A model generated the notes under the pieces. It had not been told where the DNA came from. It ran no database searches and was given only the letters and a program-made list of their open reading frames with translations. This document shows positions 10,906 to 26,378 of a stretch of DNA of 37,712 bases, in pieces. The DNA is from Octopus sinensis (Eukaryota). Location of the stretch: assembly GCF_006345805.1 (NCBI RefSeq), contig NW_021832952.1:1-37712 (forward strand). The letters run 5' to 3'. The position numbers and the translations under genes are program-made. Each line of letters opens with the position of its first letter. Position 1 is the first letter of the stretch.

Positions 10906-11140
10906 GAGGACGCATGGTAAGGGCATGGTGTTGCATTGACAATCTAGCGTTCGTGATTTCAATTCCTCGACCAGGTGGTAGGATGCGTTCTTGAGCAAAA
11001 CACTCCACCTCACGTTGCTCTGCAATTACTTCGACACCTGACACGTGGTACACTTTGCACCTGTTAAGACAACGTCGATTTGATGGAGGAGAGTAAACTA
11101 ATGTGTGGCGCGAACATTTGATCACTATAAACAAATCCTT
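10906..11140 (+). mobile_element. tRNA-headed CORE-like SINE family E, degenerate
   Basis: gaggacgcatgg head, gatttcaattcc B-box-like motif, then cgttcttgagcaaaacactccacctcacgttgctc CORE-like domain. Confidence 0.6.
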
Positions 11141-11175
11141 TATGAAGGCAAACGACGGGAGAGTCTATTAATGCT

Positions 11176-11395
11176 GAGGTGACGTGCACGCAGAATTGTT
11201 ACCGCGCCGGGCAAAAGGCTTAGCGGCAGTCTCCCGGCTTTACGTTCAATTTCCATTAAGGTCGACTTTTTGCCTATCATCTTTTTGGGATCGATAAAAT
11301 AAGTACCAGGCAGATACTGGGGTCGATGTAATCGACCAGACCCACCATACTCAGTTCTAAAATTTCAGGCTTTGTGCTCATACATGAAACGATTA
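11176..11395 (+). mobile_element. SINE family A
   Basis: gcagaattgtt...ggtcgactttttgcctatcatc...gatcgataaaataagtaccag...ctggggtcgatgtaatcgac...aaatttcaggc, with an ATT tail. Confidence 0.8.
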
Positions 11396-11683
11396 TTATT
11401 ATCATTAATTTGTCCTGGTTGTTATTATTGTTATCATTACTATTATTTTGTTGATATTATTGTTATCATTATTGTTGTTATACATCTCATTATTGCTGCC
11501 ATAATTATCATACTTGTTATTCTTAGTATTGTTGTTGCTGTTTAAATTATTACCGGTTTTATTGTTGCTACTAGTTTTTTGCTTTTTTTTTCTATATTTG
11601 TTATTACTTATGGTGCTGCTGTGTTATTGTGCTTATTGACGTTTTTTGGAGTGATTCCTGTAATTGTTGTTCATCACCACATT

Positions 11684-11769
<86 letters not shown>

Positions 11770-12018
11770 AATTATCATTATTAATATTATCACTATTATC
11801 ATTATTGTTATTACCATTATTATTATTATCATCGTCAACATCATCCTCATCATCATCATCATCATCATTATTAATATTACAATTATCATTATTAATATTA
11901 TTATCAATATTACTATTATCACTATTATCATTATTGTTATTATTATTATTATCATCACTGGTATTATCATCACCACTATTATTATTATTATCATCACTAT
12001 TATTATTATTATTATTAT

Positions 12019-12056
<38 letters not shown>

Positions 12057-12102
12057 TCATCATCATCACTACTATTATTATTATTATTGTCATCATCATC
12101 AC

Positions 12103-12140
<38 letters not shown>

Positions 12141-12196
12141 TATTATTATTATTATTACTACTACTATTATTATTATTATTATTATTACTATTATTA

Positions 12197-12273
<77 letters not shown>

Positions 12274-13260
12274 GTTAGTTTGGTTGGTTATTGTTCTTAT
12301 TGTTGTTATCCAGCCCATCGTTGTTATGTTGTTAGTTCACTTGTTGATACAGCTGTAGTTGTTGTTGTTGTTTTGACTGTTGATCTTTCTCCTGTCGGAA
12401 TTCATAATTATTTGTTGTTATTATGGTTGTTGTGCTGTTGCTTTTGTTATCGTTCATATTGCTTTTTTTTTTGTTTTAATGTTTGTCATTACTGTTATTA
12501 TTGTTAATGTTTTTTTATGGTTTATATGATTAATTCATTGTTGTTAATGTTGTTGATGTCGCTAATGTTGTTGATAATGTTCTTGTGGTTGATGTTGTTG
12601 ATTATTGTTCATCGTGTAATTTTTATTGTTCTCTCAAATATTGTTCTGCTCATGGGGGTGGGGTGGGGGCTGTTTTGTTGATGTTTACAGTCGGGTTTTT
12701 TATATGATGATGATGATGGTGATAATATGAGGATAATGATGGTGATAGCGATGATGATGATGATAGTTGTGACGACTGTCTGTTGTGGTTGTGGTGGTGA
12801 TGGTAGTGAAGGTAGTAGGGGCAGCGGCGATGATGGCGATGGTGGTCGCTGACTATAAGAAGGTGGGGCTAACTGATGTGGCGATGGTCTTATTAATGTA
12901 AATGATTGTGGTGATGATGGTGATGGTGGCAGTGGTTGTGGTGGTGACGGTTGTTTTCATGGTGGTGGTGGTGGCGGTGGTGGTGGTGGCGGCGGCGGTG
13001 GTGGTGCTGCTGGTGGTGGCGGTTGTGGTGGTGGTGGCGGCGGCGGCGGTGGTGGTGGTGGTGGTGGCGACTGTAGTGATGTGTTATTTTGTTACTAGTT
13101 TTGTAATGATTGTTGAGTCATATCTACCTCATCACCATCATCATCAGCGACTGTTGTTGTTGTTGTTGTTGCTGTTTATTGTTGATGTTGTTGCTGGTGG
13201 TGTTAGTTGTTGATCTTGTTGTTCTAATATTTAGGTCAACAGTAACAACAACAACAACAG
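11395..13260. repeat. Long compound trinucleotide tract, (ATT/ATC/AGT/GTT)n then (GAT/GGT/GGC)n
   Basis: Direct reading; source of the poly-I/L/Y/V ORFs. Confidence 0.9.
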
Positions 13261-13606
13261 ACTGATAGTATCAATGTTAGAGATAAACAGGTGTACGAAT
13301 GCCTACTCTCTCTTTCTCTCTCTCTCTCTCTTGTATTTTATCTCTAATTCAATGTCAATCTGTGTGTGTGTGTGTGTGTGTGTGTGAATGTGTGTGTGCC
13401 AGCGAGTGAGCTTGCGTATACATACATTTATATGTACAAACACACACACACAAACATGCATACATACACACACATACGTAAATATATATGTTTATATGTA
13501 TACTTACATATATGTATATACATATATATATATATACGTATGTATGTATATGTATATATATATTTACATATATACATAGGTGCATATACATATGTATATA
13601 TATGTT

Positions 13607-13642
<36 letters not shown>

Positions 13643-13669
13643 ACTAACTCTATCGACATGTAGTGTCTC

Positions 13670-13758
<89 letters not shown>

Positions 13759-14024
13759 AACATATATACATATATACAGAGAGATACAGACAGGCAGAGA
13801 TAGAGATAGATCGATAGATAGATAGATAGAGATAGAGATATACATACATACATACATGGTACAACCGTACATATATTCAAATATGTGTGAAAATTAATAT
13901 ATATGTATATATGTTTATATACACATATACATGCATACAACACACACACACACCACACAACACATACATATATATTATTATATATATAGACAGACCTATT
14001 AAACAAATATATATAAATATATGC

Positions 14025-14055
<31 letters not shown>

Positions 14056-14457
14056 TATTATATAATATATATATATATTATATATATATATATATATGTA
14101 TGTATGCATGTATATATATGTACTCACACACATATGTGTATGCATCTATTTATTTATATAAATCTTATATATTGAGTATAGTGCCTCAACAGAGAGTGAG
14201 ATGTGGTTGACGGAGGAATCGCTGCTATTTCTAGCCTAGATGTTTGACAATGACATGCTCAAGGATGGCTGAAATCCCGTGATCTGACAGACAAGATGGT
14301 GACAGTGGAGGATTATCTCCTGCTAGCAATATAAACCCGGGTGCTAATATGCACCACAAGTGTATTTGAGAGGTTATCCCATGGTGAATAACACACGAAT
14401 CTGTATTCTAACACAACATCTAATTTAATGTGGGTATAAATATTACTTTTATATATA

Positions 14458-14653
14458 CAAGGTGGCCAAATGTAAGCAAACACTTCAAATTGTTTTTTAT
14501 TTCATTACATTTACATTTATTTATTACAGTTATATTTATCAAAAACTGCTTTAGTATCTACTTTGTTCTTAACTCAAATTATTTGCCATTATTCACGGAA
14601 CCTGTAAAATAAAAATTAATTCAAAAAGTATACACCCACTTTTGGCCTGCTTT
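14458..14653. mobile_element. Tc1/mariner-type MITE
   Basis: TA-caaggtggccaaatgtaagcaaacac at left; reverse complement of the right end is TA-aaagcaggccaaaagtgggtgtatac; AT-rich interior. Confidence 0.55.
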
Positions 14654-14705
14654 TACGCATACACATCCAGAGACACCATACACACACATACACACACACA
14701 AAAAT

Positions 14706-15159
14706 ACTCATTTTTACTCTTTTACTTGTTTCAGTCATTTGACGGCGGCCATGCTAGAGCACCGCCATTAGTCGAGCAAATCGACCCCAGGACTTATTCT
14801 TTGGAAGCCTAGTAATTATTCTATCGATCACTTTTGCCGAACAACTAAGTTATGGGGGCGTAAACACACCAGCATCGGTTGTCAAGCGAAGTTGGGGGAA
14901 CAAACACAGACACCAACATATACACACACGTAAATCACACAACACACACAATATATATATATATAATATATATATAGGATATATATATATATATACGAAC
15001 GAGCCTCTTTCAGTTTCCGTCGGCCAAATCCACTCACAAGGCTTTGGTCGGCCCGAGGCTATAGTAGAAGGCACTTACCCAAGGTACCACACAGTGGGAA
15101 TGACCCGGAACCATGCGGTTGGTAAGCAAGATACTTACCACACAGCTACTTCTGCGCCT
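14706..15159 (-). mobile_element. SINE family B, near full-length
   Basis: Minus strand runs from ggcgcagaagtagctgtgtggtaag...ccgggtcattcccactg through the CORE-like body and (TA/TG)n spacer to the tail ggcggtgctctagcatggccgcc...gactgaaacaagtaaaagagtaaa. Confidence 0.9.
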
Positions 15160-15189
15160 ATGTATGCATACGTATATTTATATGTATGT

Positions 15190-15413
<224 letters not shown>

Positions 15414-15564
15414 TTCAACAAGATATTGGTCATAGTTGCAATTAATTTCTAATTATTTGTACATCCATTTCCATGAATATTAATTGGACAAATTGATATG
15501 CGATGTGTCAGGTTTATGTGAGGCTAGTTGCGACATAAAGCGCTGTGCGCCACTTTAGCGTGTT

Positions 15565-15657
15565 GTCTACTTGGCATTTTTCACTTTAACATGCAGTCTA
15601 CTTAGCCATTTACACTTTAGCATGGGGTCTATCTAGCCATTTACACTTTAGTATGCA
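15565..15657. repeat. Three tandem 31-bp units
   Basis: gtctacttggcatttttcactttaacatgca / gtctacttagccatttacactttagcatggg / gtctatctagccatttacactttagtatgca. Confidence 0.9.
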
Positions 15658-15874
15658 ATCTAACTCTAAACCTAACCCCAAATCCTAGGCCTAAACCGTA
15701 ACCGTAACTGCAAAATCTAACCCTAAACATTAAACCTTAACCATATCCCCAGCCTTAGCCTAAAGCCTAACCCAAATCTGGTTATTTCACAGCATAGACT
15801 ACAAATACTGCGACAGACACCTCGTTAAAGTAACCCCAATCGCTGTTTTCACTTCCAGACTTAATAAATTTCCC

Positions 15875-16243
15875 AGTTTCAAATTTTGGCACAATGCCAG
15901 CAATTTCGGAGAGAGGTAAGTGTCGATTAAATCGACCCCAGTGAGATGAAGTGCTGAGTCTGAAAGGATGAAATGCAGAGTCTATCGTGGCAGAATTTTG
16001 AACTAAGAAAGTAAAGACGGAGGAAATGCCTGTAAGCATTTTTTGCCCGGCGTGCTAATCTTTCTTCCCGCTCGCCGCCCTCAAATTTCTTAATGATTCT
16101 AATATAGGCACAAGGCCTTTCAATTTAGGGGGTAGGGGATAACACTGACCCCAGTGCTCAACTGGTACTTATTTCATAGACCCCGAAAGAATGAAAGACA
16201 AAGTCGACCTCGGCGGAATTTGAACTCAGAACATAAAGACGGA
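15875..16243 (-). mobile_element. Two tandem SINE family A copies (15875-16082 and 5'-truncated 16091-16243)
   Basis: gggcggcgagcggg head at 16082; aaagacaaagtcgacctcggcggaatttgaactcagaac in the second copy. Confidence 0.82.
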
Positions 16244-17080
16244 CGTCTACCTTCATAATATTAATTGTATAAACAGGCTAGTTTAAGTGCCCTTTATACT
16301 TTATTCTGGTCGCTTTGTACTCAATCACAGGTGACTGACTGTTATTTCTACGCAGGTCTGATGCAAATTTGTCTTCTAAATAAATTGAAGAAGCGAGTAA
16401 TAGCGGAGAATCGGAGATGTCCCGGAACGTTATCGTATCCATAGAGATATATAATTAATTATGCGGGTGTAGCCGAGATATGGTGCAGTTCGCATTAGAA
16501 TACGGCCTTCGACATTCTGTATGTGGCCATGCATGTGACGTGCCGTGCCCTTCTGTGCTGTCTGACTATCACCCTGCCTTCAGTGCTCGGAATTTTGCCC
16601 TGCTGGAGGACTTCGGAACTTGAATCTAGATTCAGAAAAATACGTACTTACAGCATGTAAAATTATAGAGAGAGATACCGGCCTAGCTACATACCTACAT
16701 ATGTAGTTACATACGCATACATATATTTATATATTTATATATACATACAAAGATATATATATAATATATATATATTGGCTAAATTAGCAAAATACAACAA
16801 TATATATATATATATATACATACACACACATACACGCATACATACATACATACATACATACTTACATACATACATACATACATACTTATATACATACATG
16901 CATATATTTATACCTCACAACGTGCATATCAAACCTCTTATGCTGCTGTTAGCTACTACATGTCATTATACAGCAGGATATTTTCCAAGGTTGGATAAAC
17001 ATGTGGAGCTCCATTATTGTATAGGATAAGATATATACACATATTTACATATACACATACACACACACACATACACATAT

Positions 17081-17370
17081 ATCAATTGTTTTTGTCACAT
17101 TTTGTCATTCCTGTTTTTATTCGTTACTGTTTCCAATTTTATCTTCGTCTCTTGTTTTCCTAGTCGTCTCTGTTGTCACATTCTTTCCTTCTACCAAGGA
17201 AATCTAATGCCCATAGCTTAGCTTTTCCTTGGGGCTGGCCGTTTTGGAGCAAATCTCAGAATTAAACAGCCGAAATTTGCCATGATGAATCGGTTTCTGA
17301 CAGAAGAATGAAGGCTCTGAATGACTGTCTGTTTTCCGTGTTCGTCAATTCGTGAAATTCACGTTCTTTA
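17081..17370 (+). repeat. Family G copy 2
   Basis: Homologous to 6637-6875; flanked by CA/TA microsatellites. Confidence 0.7.
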
Positions 17371-17424
17371 TATATAAATTTTATTCTATATATATATATA
17401 TATAATATATATATATTATAATAT

Positions 17425-17455
<31 letters not shown>

Positions 17456-18330
17456 TATACACGAATATAAAATATTGAAATATATACATGTTGCTAGCAG
17501 TATCTGAGGACACTTAATTATCAGTATATATCCAACCAATTAAATAATTTTTTATATTTCTTTCAGATTCCCGATGACACATAAAATGTTAACATAAGAA
17601 ATGAAAAGACATGCAGTTATTGTTGCCATAAGAGATTTAAGAATTACCAATTTTGTAAATGTTGCAAGATCTTATGTTCATAATGTGAGGACGGAACTGG
17701 AAGCCTCTGGCGGAATTGTATCAAAGAGAGGAAAAACAATTTTTAAAAAAAACATTCTAAATATTTGGCCCATATAAGACACCACAATTCATCCAGTGGA
17801 TTCAAAATGGCGTCGATGATGATCCTGGAAGATCAATAAGGGCCATCGCTAAAGAACTTCAGGTGTCGTAGTGGACTGTCAGAATCGTGACGCACGAAAA
17901 CATTCGATGCAAGTTGTATACACCGAGGGGAGGGGAAGACAATTCAAGTCTACACAAACGCGGGAAAACCATTTCATCTTTGTCAAGCGATTATCTAACA
18001 AGGTTAAAAATCCTTCACGAAGATAATGTTTCTGTTTTTACCTTTCATCTGTTTTTTTTGTCTTTTTTTTTTTTTACTTGTCTCAGTCACTTGAGTGCAG
18101 CAATGCTGCAGCACTACCTTGAAGAATTTTTGTCGAAATGTGTCGACACCAACAGTTCTATATTTCAGAGATGAGGAATTATGTACATTATTTACATTAT
18201 TTACATTCGACGAATATTTGTCCTCATCTTGTTTGTTGTTAACACAACTTTGTCAAGCGATTATCTAACAAGGTTAAAAACCCTCACGAAGATAATACGT
18301 TTCTGTTTTTACCTTTGATATTTGATATAT

Positions 18331-18429
18331 GACGTAGTGGTTAAGAGCGTGGGCTACTAACCCCAAGATTCCGAGTTCGATTCCAAACAGTGACCTGAAC
18401 AATAATAATAATAATAATAATAATAATAA

Positions 18430-18466
<37 letters not shown>

Positions 18467-18612
18467 TACATCAAAAAATACCTTAGGAATGAGAACCCAG
18501 GTTCGAAATTTCCCTAAGACACTTGAAGAAGGCTGGAGGGTATATCAGCCAAAACGTGTTTACAACAAACAAGATGAGGACAAATGTCCGTCAAATGTAA
18601 ATAATGTAAATA
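18331..18612 (+). mobile_element. tRNA-headed SINE family C with internal (AAT)n and a hammerhead-like module
   Basis: Head gacgtagtggttaagagcgtgggctactaacccc...gagttcgattcc (A box, anticodon-like loop, B box), then (AAT)n, motif 18519-18559 and tail acaacaaacaagatgaggacaaat...tgtaaataatgtaaata. Confidence 0.75.
18519..18559 (+). ncRNA. Degenerate hammerhead-like motif (probably inactive)
   Basis: ACAC-TTGAAGA-A-GGCTG-GAGGGTATAT-CAGCC-AAAAC-GT-GT: perfect 5-bp stem II between near-core CUGANGA (C3 to U) and GAAA (G12 to A). Confidence 0.4.
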
Positions 18613-19194
18613 GTGTCAACACATGTACTTAATTTTTTAAAGCCTGGTACTTATTTTATCGGTCTCTTTTGTCGAATTGCTAAGTTACGTGGGCATAAAC
18701 ACATCAAGCGGTCGTAGTGGTCGTTGAGGACATACACAGATACAAAGACACAGACACATAGAAATATATTTACATACATACGATGGGCTTCTTTCAGTTT
18801 CCGTCTACCAAATCTATTCACAAGACTTTGATTTGCCCAAGTTTTGTTTACTTTTTTTTATTGCTTTTTATTTGATGAGAAAAACTTCGATAAAGACCAA
18901 CAAAGGAAATGGTCGATGGTTATTTGCAGCTTTCCAAATGTTCCCAGAGTGATTTGCACAGTGTTTCCAGTAAATGTAATAGTTTTAGGGAGTGGTGGGT
19001 AACGATGGGTATACATATCCACCCTACATCATTCTACTAGGTCTTAGAATTAACACTAAATGATACGTTGAAATGCATCAAATAAACTTACACCATATCT
19101 TATCGTGCAAAAATTTTCATTACCATACATTGGTTTTACATTAGAGTTGTTTTATTAAATTGCAAAATATGTCCTCAAATACCTCTCGCATCTT

Positions 19195-19195
<1 letters not shown>

Positions 19196-19257
<62 letters not shown>

Positions 19258-19279
19258 CATACATACATACATACATACA

Positions 19280-19311
<32 letters not shown>

Positions 19312-19428
19312 CACATACATACATAAAGAAAGAGAAAGAGAGAGAGAGTAAGAGAGAGATAGACAGACAAACAGAAAGACATACCGATAGACAGACAGAT
19401 AAATAGATAGATAGATAAATAGATAGAC

Positions 19429-19485
<57 letters not shown>

Positions 19486-19530
19486 GATAAACAGACAGAC
19501 AGACAGACAGATAGACAGATAGAAAGATAG
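19196..19530. repeat. Compound (GATA)n/(TACA)n/(GACA)n microsatellite
   Basis: Direct reading. Confidence 0.95.
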
Positions 19531-19781
19531 ATATAAAAATGTGTGCATATATGTATGTGTGAGTGTAGCATGTGTATATATGTGTGTTTCTGTGCTGTAT
19601 GCGTGTGTGTGTTTCAGTCTGTATGTATGTACGTACGCATGCGTGTATCACAACACTAAAACAAATACACAGACTTACAGCCGAGATAAAAATCAGTCTC
19701 AGACATCAAGATGTACGCACACAACATCCTTCACACACATAGGAACATATATGCGTCTCCGTGTTTTTGTGCTTATACATA

Positions 19782-19838
<57 letters not shown>

Positions 19839-19908
19839 GCATACATATATATGCGTGTTTGTGCATATATATATATGTATCTACCTATGCATAAATAGCG
19901 ATGTGTGT

Positions 19909-19955
<47 letters not shown>

Positions 19956-20446
19956 AGTATGTATGCATGCACATATAGATACATATATATATATATTATA
20001 TATATATATATATGCACACTTATACATATACATATATAAATAAATTTATATATATATAATATATATATATTATATATATATATATTCATATATATACATG
20101 CATATATTGAAAGTATGAGAGAGAGAGAGAGAGAGGTGGTGGTGGGAAGATAGACGATGGACAGACAGACAGACAGATAAAGATGTTAAACTAGAATGAC
20201 TTTAATTATCTGAATTCATGAAAAGAAAACTGATTAAATTTCAGCTGAATTATCATCATCATCATCATCACCATCATCATCATCACCATGATGTTTTTTT
20301 TATATTACTACTACTATAACTACTATTACTACTACTACTACAATCCAACCCATCCCCACCTTTCCTTCTTTCTAGTCGCACCCACCCCGTCCCCTCGCAG
20401 TCGTCTTGTTATGTGGCAATTTGACTGAATTGTCGCTTTGATCTCA

Positions 20447-20548
20447 TCAGATAAGATCGAGACACTGTTTGCGAAAAGTGTCAAAGAATTTTTCTACAGT
20501 TCTTCGAATATCATTGCAGCTTTCACTACACGTTACCATAGTTTCAAA
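20447..20548 (-). CDS. Candidate terminal coding exon of an unidentified gene (FETMVTCSESCNDIRRTVEKFFDTFRKQCLDLI*)
   Basis: Unique island between microsatellites; acceptor gtcttttaatccag, then 33 protein-like codons to TGA. No family recognised. Confidence 0.22.
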   Translation of the reverse strand, partial: FETMVTCSESCNDIRRTVEKFFDTFRKQCLDLI

Positions 20549-20699
20549 CTGGATTAAAAGACTGGTATGGTGCGCCGCGTTGCGGTTGGTGCCGAGTGTG
20601 GCGCGGAGCGAGGCGGGGCGGTTCTGTGCCGTGTGGCATGCTGTTGTGTTGTTGTGTAACATGGTGATGAGAGGGATGCGGTTAGAAAACGATATGACA

Positions 20700-20897
20700 A
20701 AAAAAAGATATATATATCATAATTCTGATGATGATGATAATGACGATTATTATGATGATAACAATAATATAAATTATAATAACAATAATAATAATAATAA
20801 TAATAATAAATAATAATAATAATAATAATAATATATAATATAATAACAGTGATGATGATGATGATAATAATAATAATAATAACAGTGATGATAATAA

Positions 20898-20940
<43 letters not shown>

Positions 20941-20944
20941 AATA

Positions 20945-20979
<35 letters not shown>

Positions 20980-20994
20980 GTGATGATGATGATG

Positions 20995-21042
<48 letters not shown>

Positions 21043-21057
21043 GTGATGATGATGATG

Positions 21058-21093
<36 letters not shown>

Positions 21094-21102
21094 GTGATGA
21101 TG

Positions 21103-21141
<39 letters not shown>

Positions 21142-21162
21142 TAAACAACAGTGATGATGATG

Positions 21163-21241
<79 letters not shown>

Positions 21242-21332
21242 TAATAATGATAATGATAATAATAATGATAATGATAATGATAATAAATATGATAATGAAG
21301 GTGATGATCATTATAGTAAAGAAATGAAGAGG

Positions 21333-21365
<33 letters not shown>
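20700..21365. repeat. (AAT)n/(GAT)n compound microsatellite with higher-order units
   Basis: Direct reading; AACAGT(GAT)n(AAT)m recurs six times. Confidence 0.95.
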
Positions 21366-21366
<1 letters not shown>

Positions 21367-21479
21367 CTTTATATAAAACAGTTTGATTATGTATCATTTA
21401 TATAGCCTATCTTTAATTTGATCAATTACAAGTCGAAACGATAACTATTCTCAACGGATATTACAACAATGATGCGTCG

Positions 21480-25080
<3,601 letters not shown>

Positions 25081-25122
25081 CAGTGCTGGTAAATGGAGGT
25101 GGAGTTTCGTTTTCGTGCGCAC

Positions 25123-25253
25123 TTTACGTTGCAGATGGTCAGGAAAAGCAAGATCAAAATTGAACGAAGTGAACTCTTCAAATAATGAGAACCTGTTTTT
25201 ATCATTAACGTCTGAGGAGACAAGCAGGTGTCGAAACATCATTTTCATCGTAG
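25123..25253 (-). CDS. Candidate internal coding exon (TMKMMFRHLLVSSDVNDKNRFSLFEEFTSFNFDLAFPDHLQRK)
   Basis: Unique island; acceptor caacgttacag; open frame; both possible donors (GTAAAG at 25127, GTGCGC at 25122) are weak. The plus strand is also open here. Confidence 0.22.
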
Positions 25254-25637
25254 CTGTAACGTTGGATAACTATCTTATGGTACTACATAGGACATATGTT
25301 CTTAATTTATAAGAAATGCGTACAAATGTAGAAATAATGCATATGCATACGTACATCTATGTATATATGTGTATATATACATACATACATATGTACTTTC
25401 AAATTTACATACATAATATTGCTTATATATTAAAATATTTTTCTATATTTAAAATCGTTTTATAGATAATATCGTCCTAGAAAATAATATTTCTACAAAA
25501 ATTTTATATGAGAAATCCTTTCATACCACATTACATATACTAATTGATGCATACAAAGACACACACACATTCACACATATACATACTGGTGAAGTCTTTT
25601 AGTCATATATGGGCTACCATGGCCCACTTTAGCAAAT

Positions 25638-25687
<50 letters not shown>

Positions 25688-26260
25688 GTGTGTGTGTGTG
25701 TGTGTGAGTGTGTGTGGTGTCTGTATGTTTGTATATATGTGTGTGTGTGTGTAAATACATAAATACATGCGCATACAAATACATGTATAAATAATGATGT
25801 TTATACAAAGTTATATATCGATAAGCATGCAGTCACATGTTTCTACACACACACACACACACACACAACACACACACACACACACACACACTCATATATA
25901 TATATACATACATATATATACATATATATATATGTATACATATATATATATACATATATATATATTCATTCATACATACATACATAATACATACATGCAA
26001 AGATACATACATACATCCAACCATACATACATAAATACATACATACATACATACATACATACATACATACATACATACATACATACATACATACATACAT
26101 TCATACATACATACATTAGATGCTGTCTAAAACGTATTTTTGGACGTTTCCCCCAGCAATATGCTAAATCAAAGAATCTCAGATCAGGAAATGGTCATTT
26201 TCTCGTGTTACAAGCAAGAGAAATACCTTTTACTCACCAGTTTTTCGTTATTCATACCAG

Positions 26261-26378
26261 ATTTTAGAAAAAAGTCCTTCGTGGATTTTCGCTTATATGG
26301 TCATGGCGGACATTGATAACAACAACACCAGTCATGTTGTCACCATGTCTACGACATCTGTGAGGTATCTAAGACAAT
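26261..26378 (+). CDS. Candidate internal coding exon (ILEKSPSWIFAYMVMADIDNNNTSHVVTMSTTSVRYLRQ)
   Basis: Pyrimidine-rich acceptor tttttcgttattcataccag, 118 nt open in phase 0, consensus donor AT|GTAAGT. Confidence 0.3.

Larger units (their letters stand above)
18066..18841 (-). mobile_element. SINE family B split into 18066-18149 and 18613-18841 by an insertion
   Basis: The tail piece and the body piece are collinear with intact family B copies; gtgtc(g/a)acac is duplicated at the break. Confidence 0.75.
17487..19195 (+). mobile_element. maT-like Tc1/mariner transposon remnant, interrupted by nested insertions
   Basis: Imperfect TIRs (tgctagcagtatctgaggaca vs reverse complement tgcgagaggtatttgaggaca) with TA flanks. 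Translation: MKRHAVIVAI (17601), TPQFIQ...DDDPGRSIRAIAKELQVS (HTH), then after the nested insert FDEKNFDKDQ...VPRVICTVFPVNVIVLG. Confidence 0.78.

Noticed and set aside
15658-15780. True telomeric array
   Set aside because: Highly degenerate and interstitial, with almost no exact CCCTAA runs.
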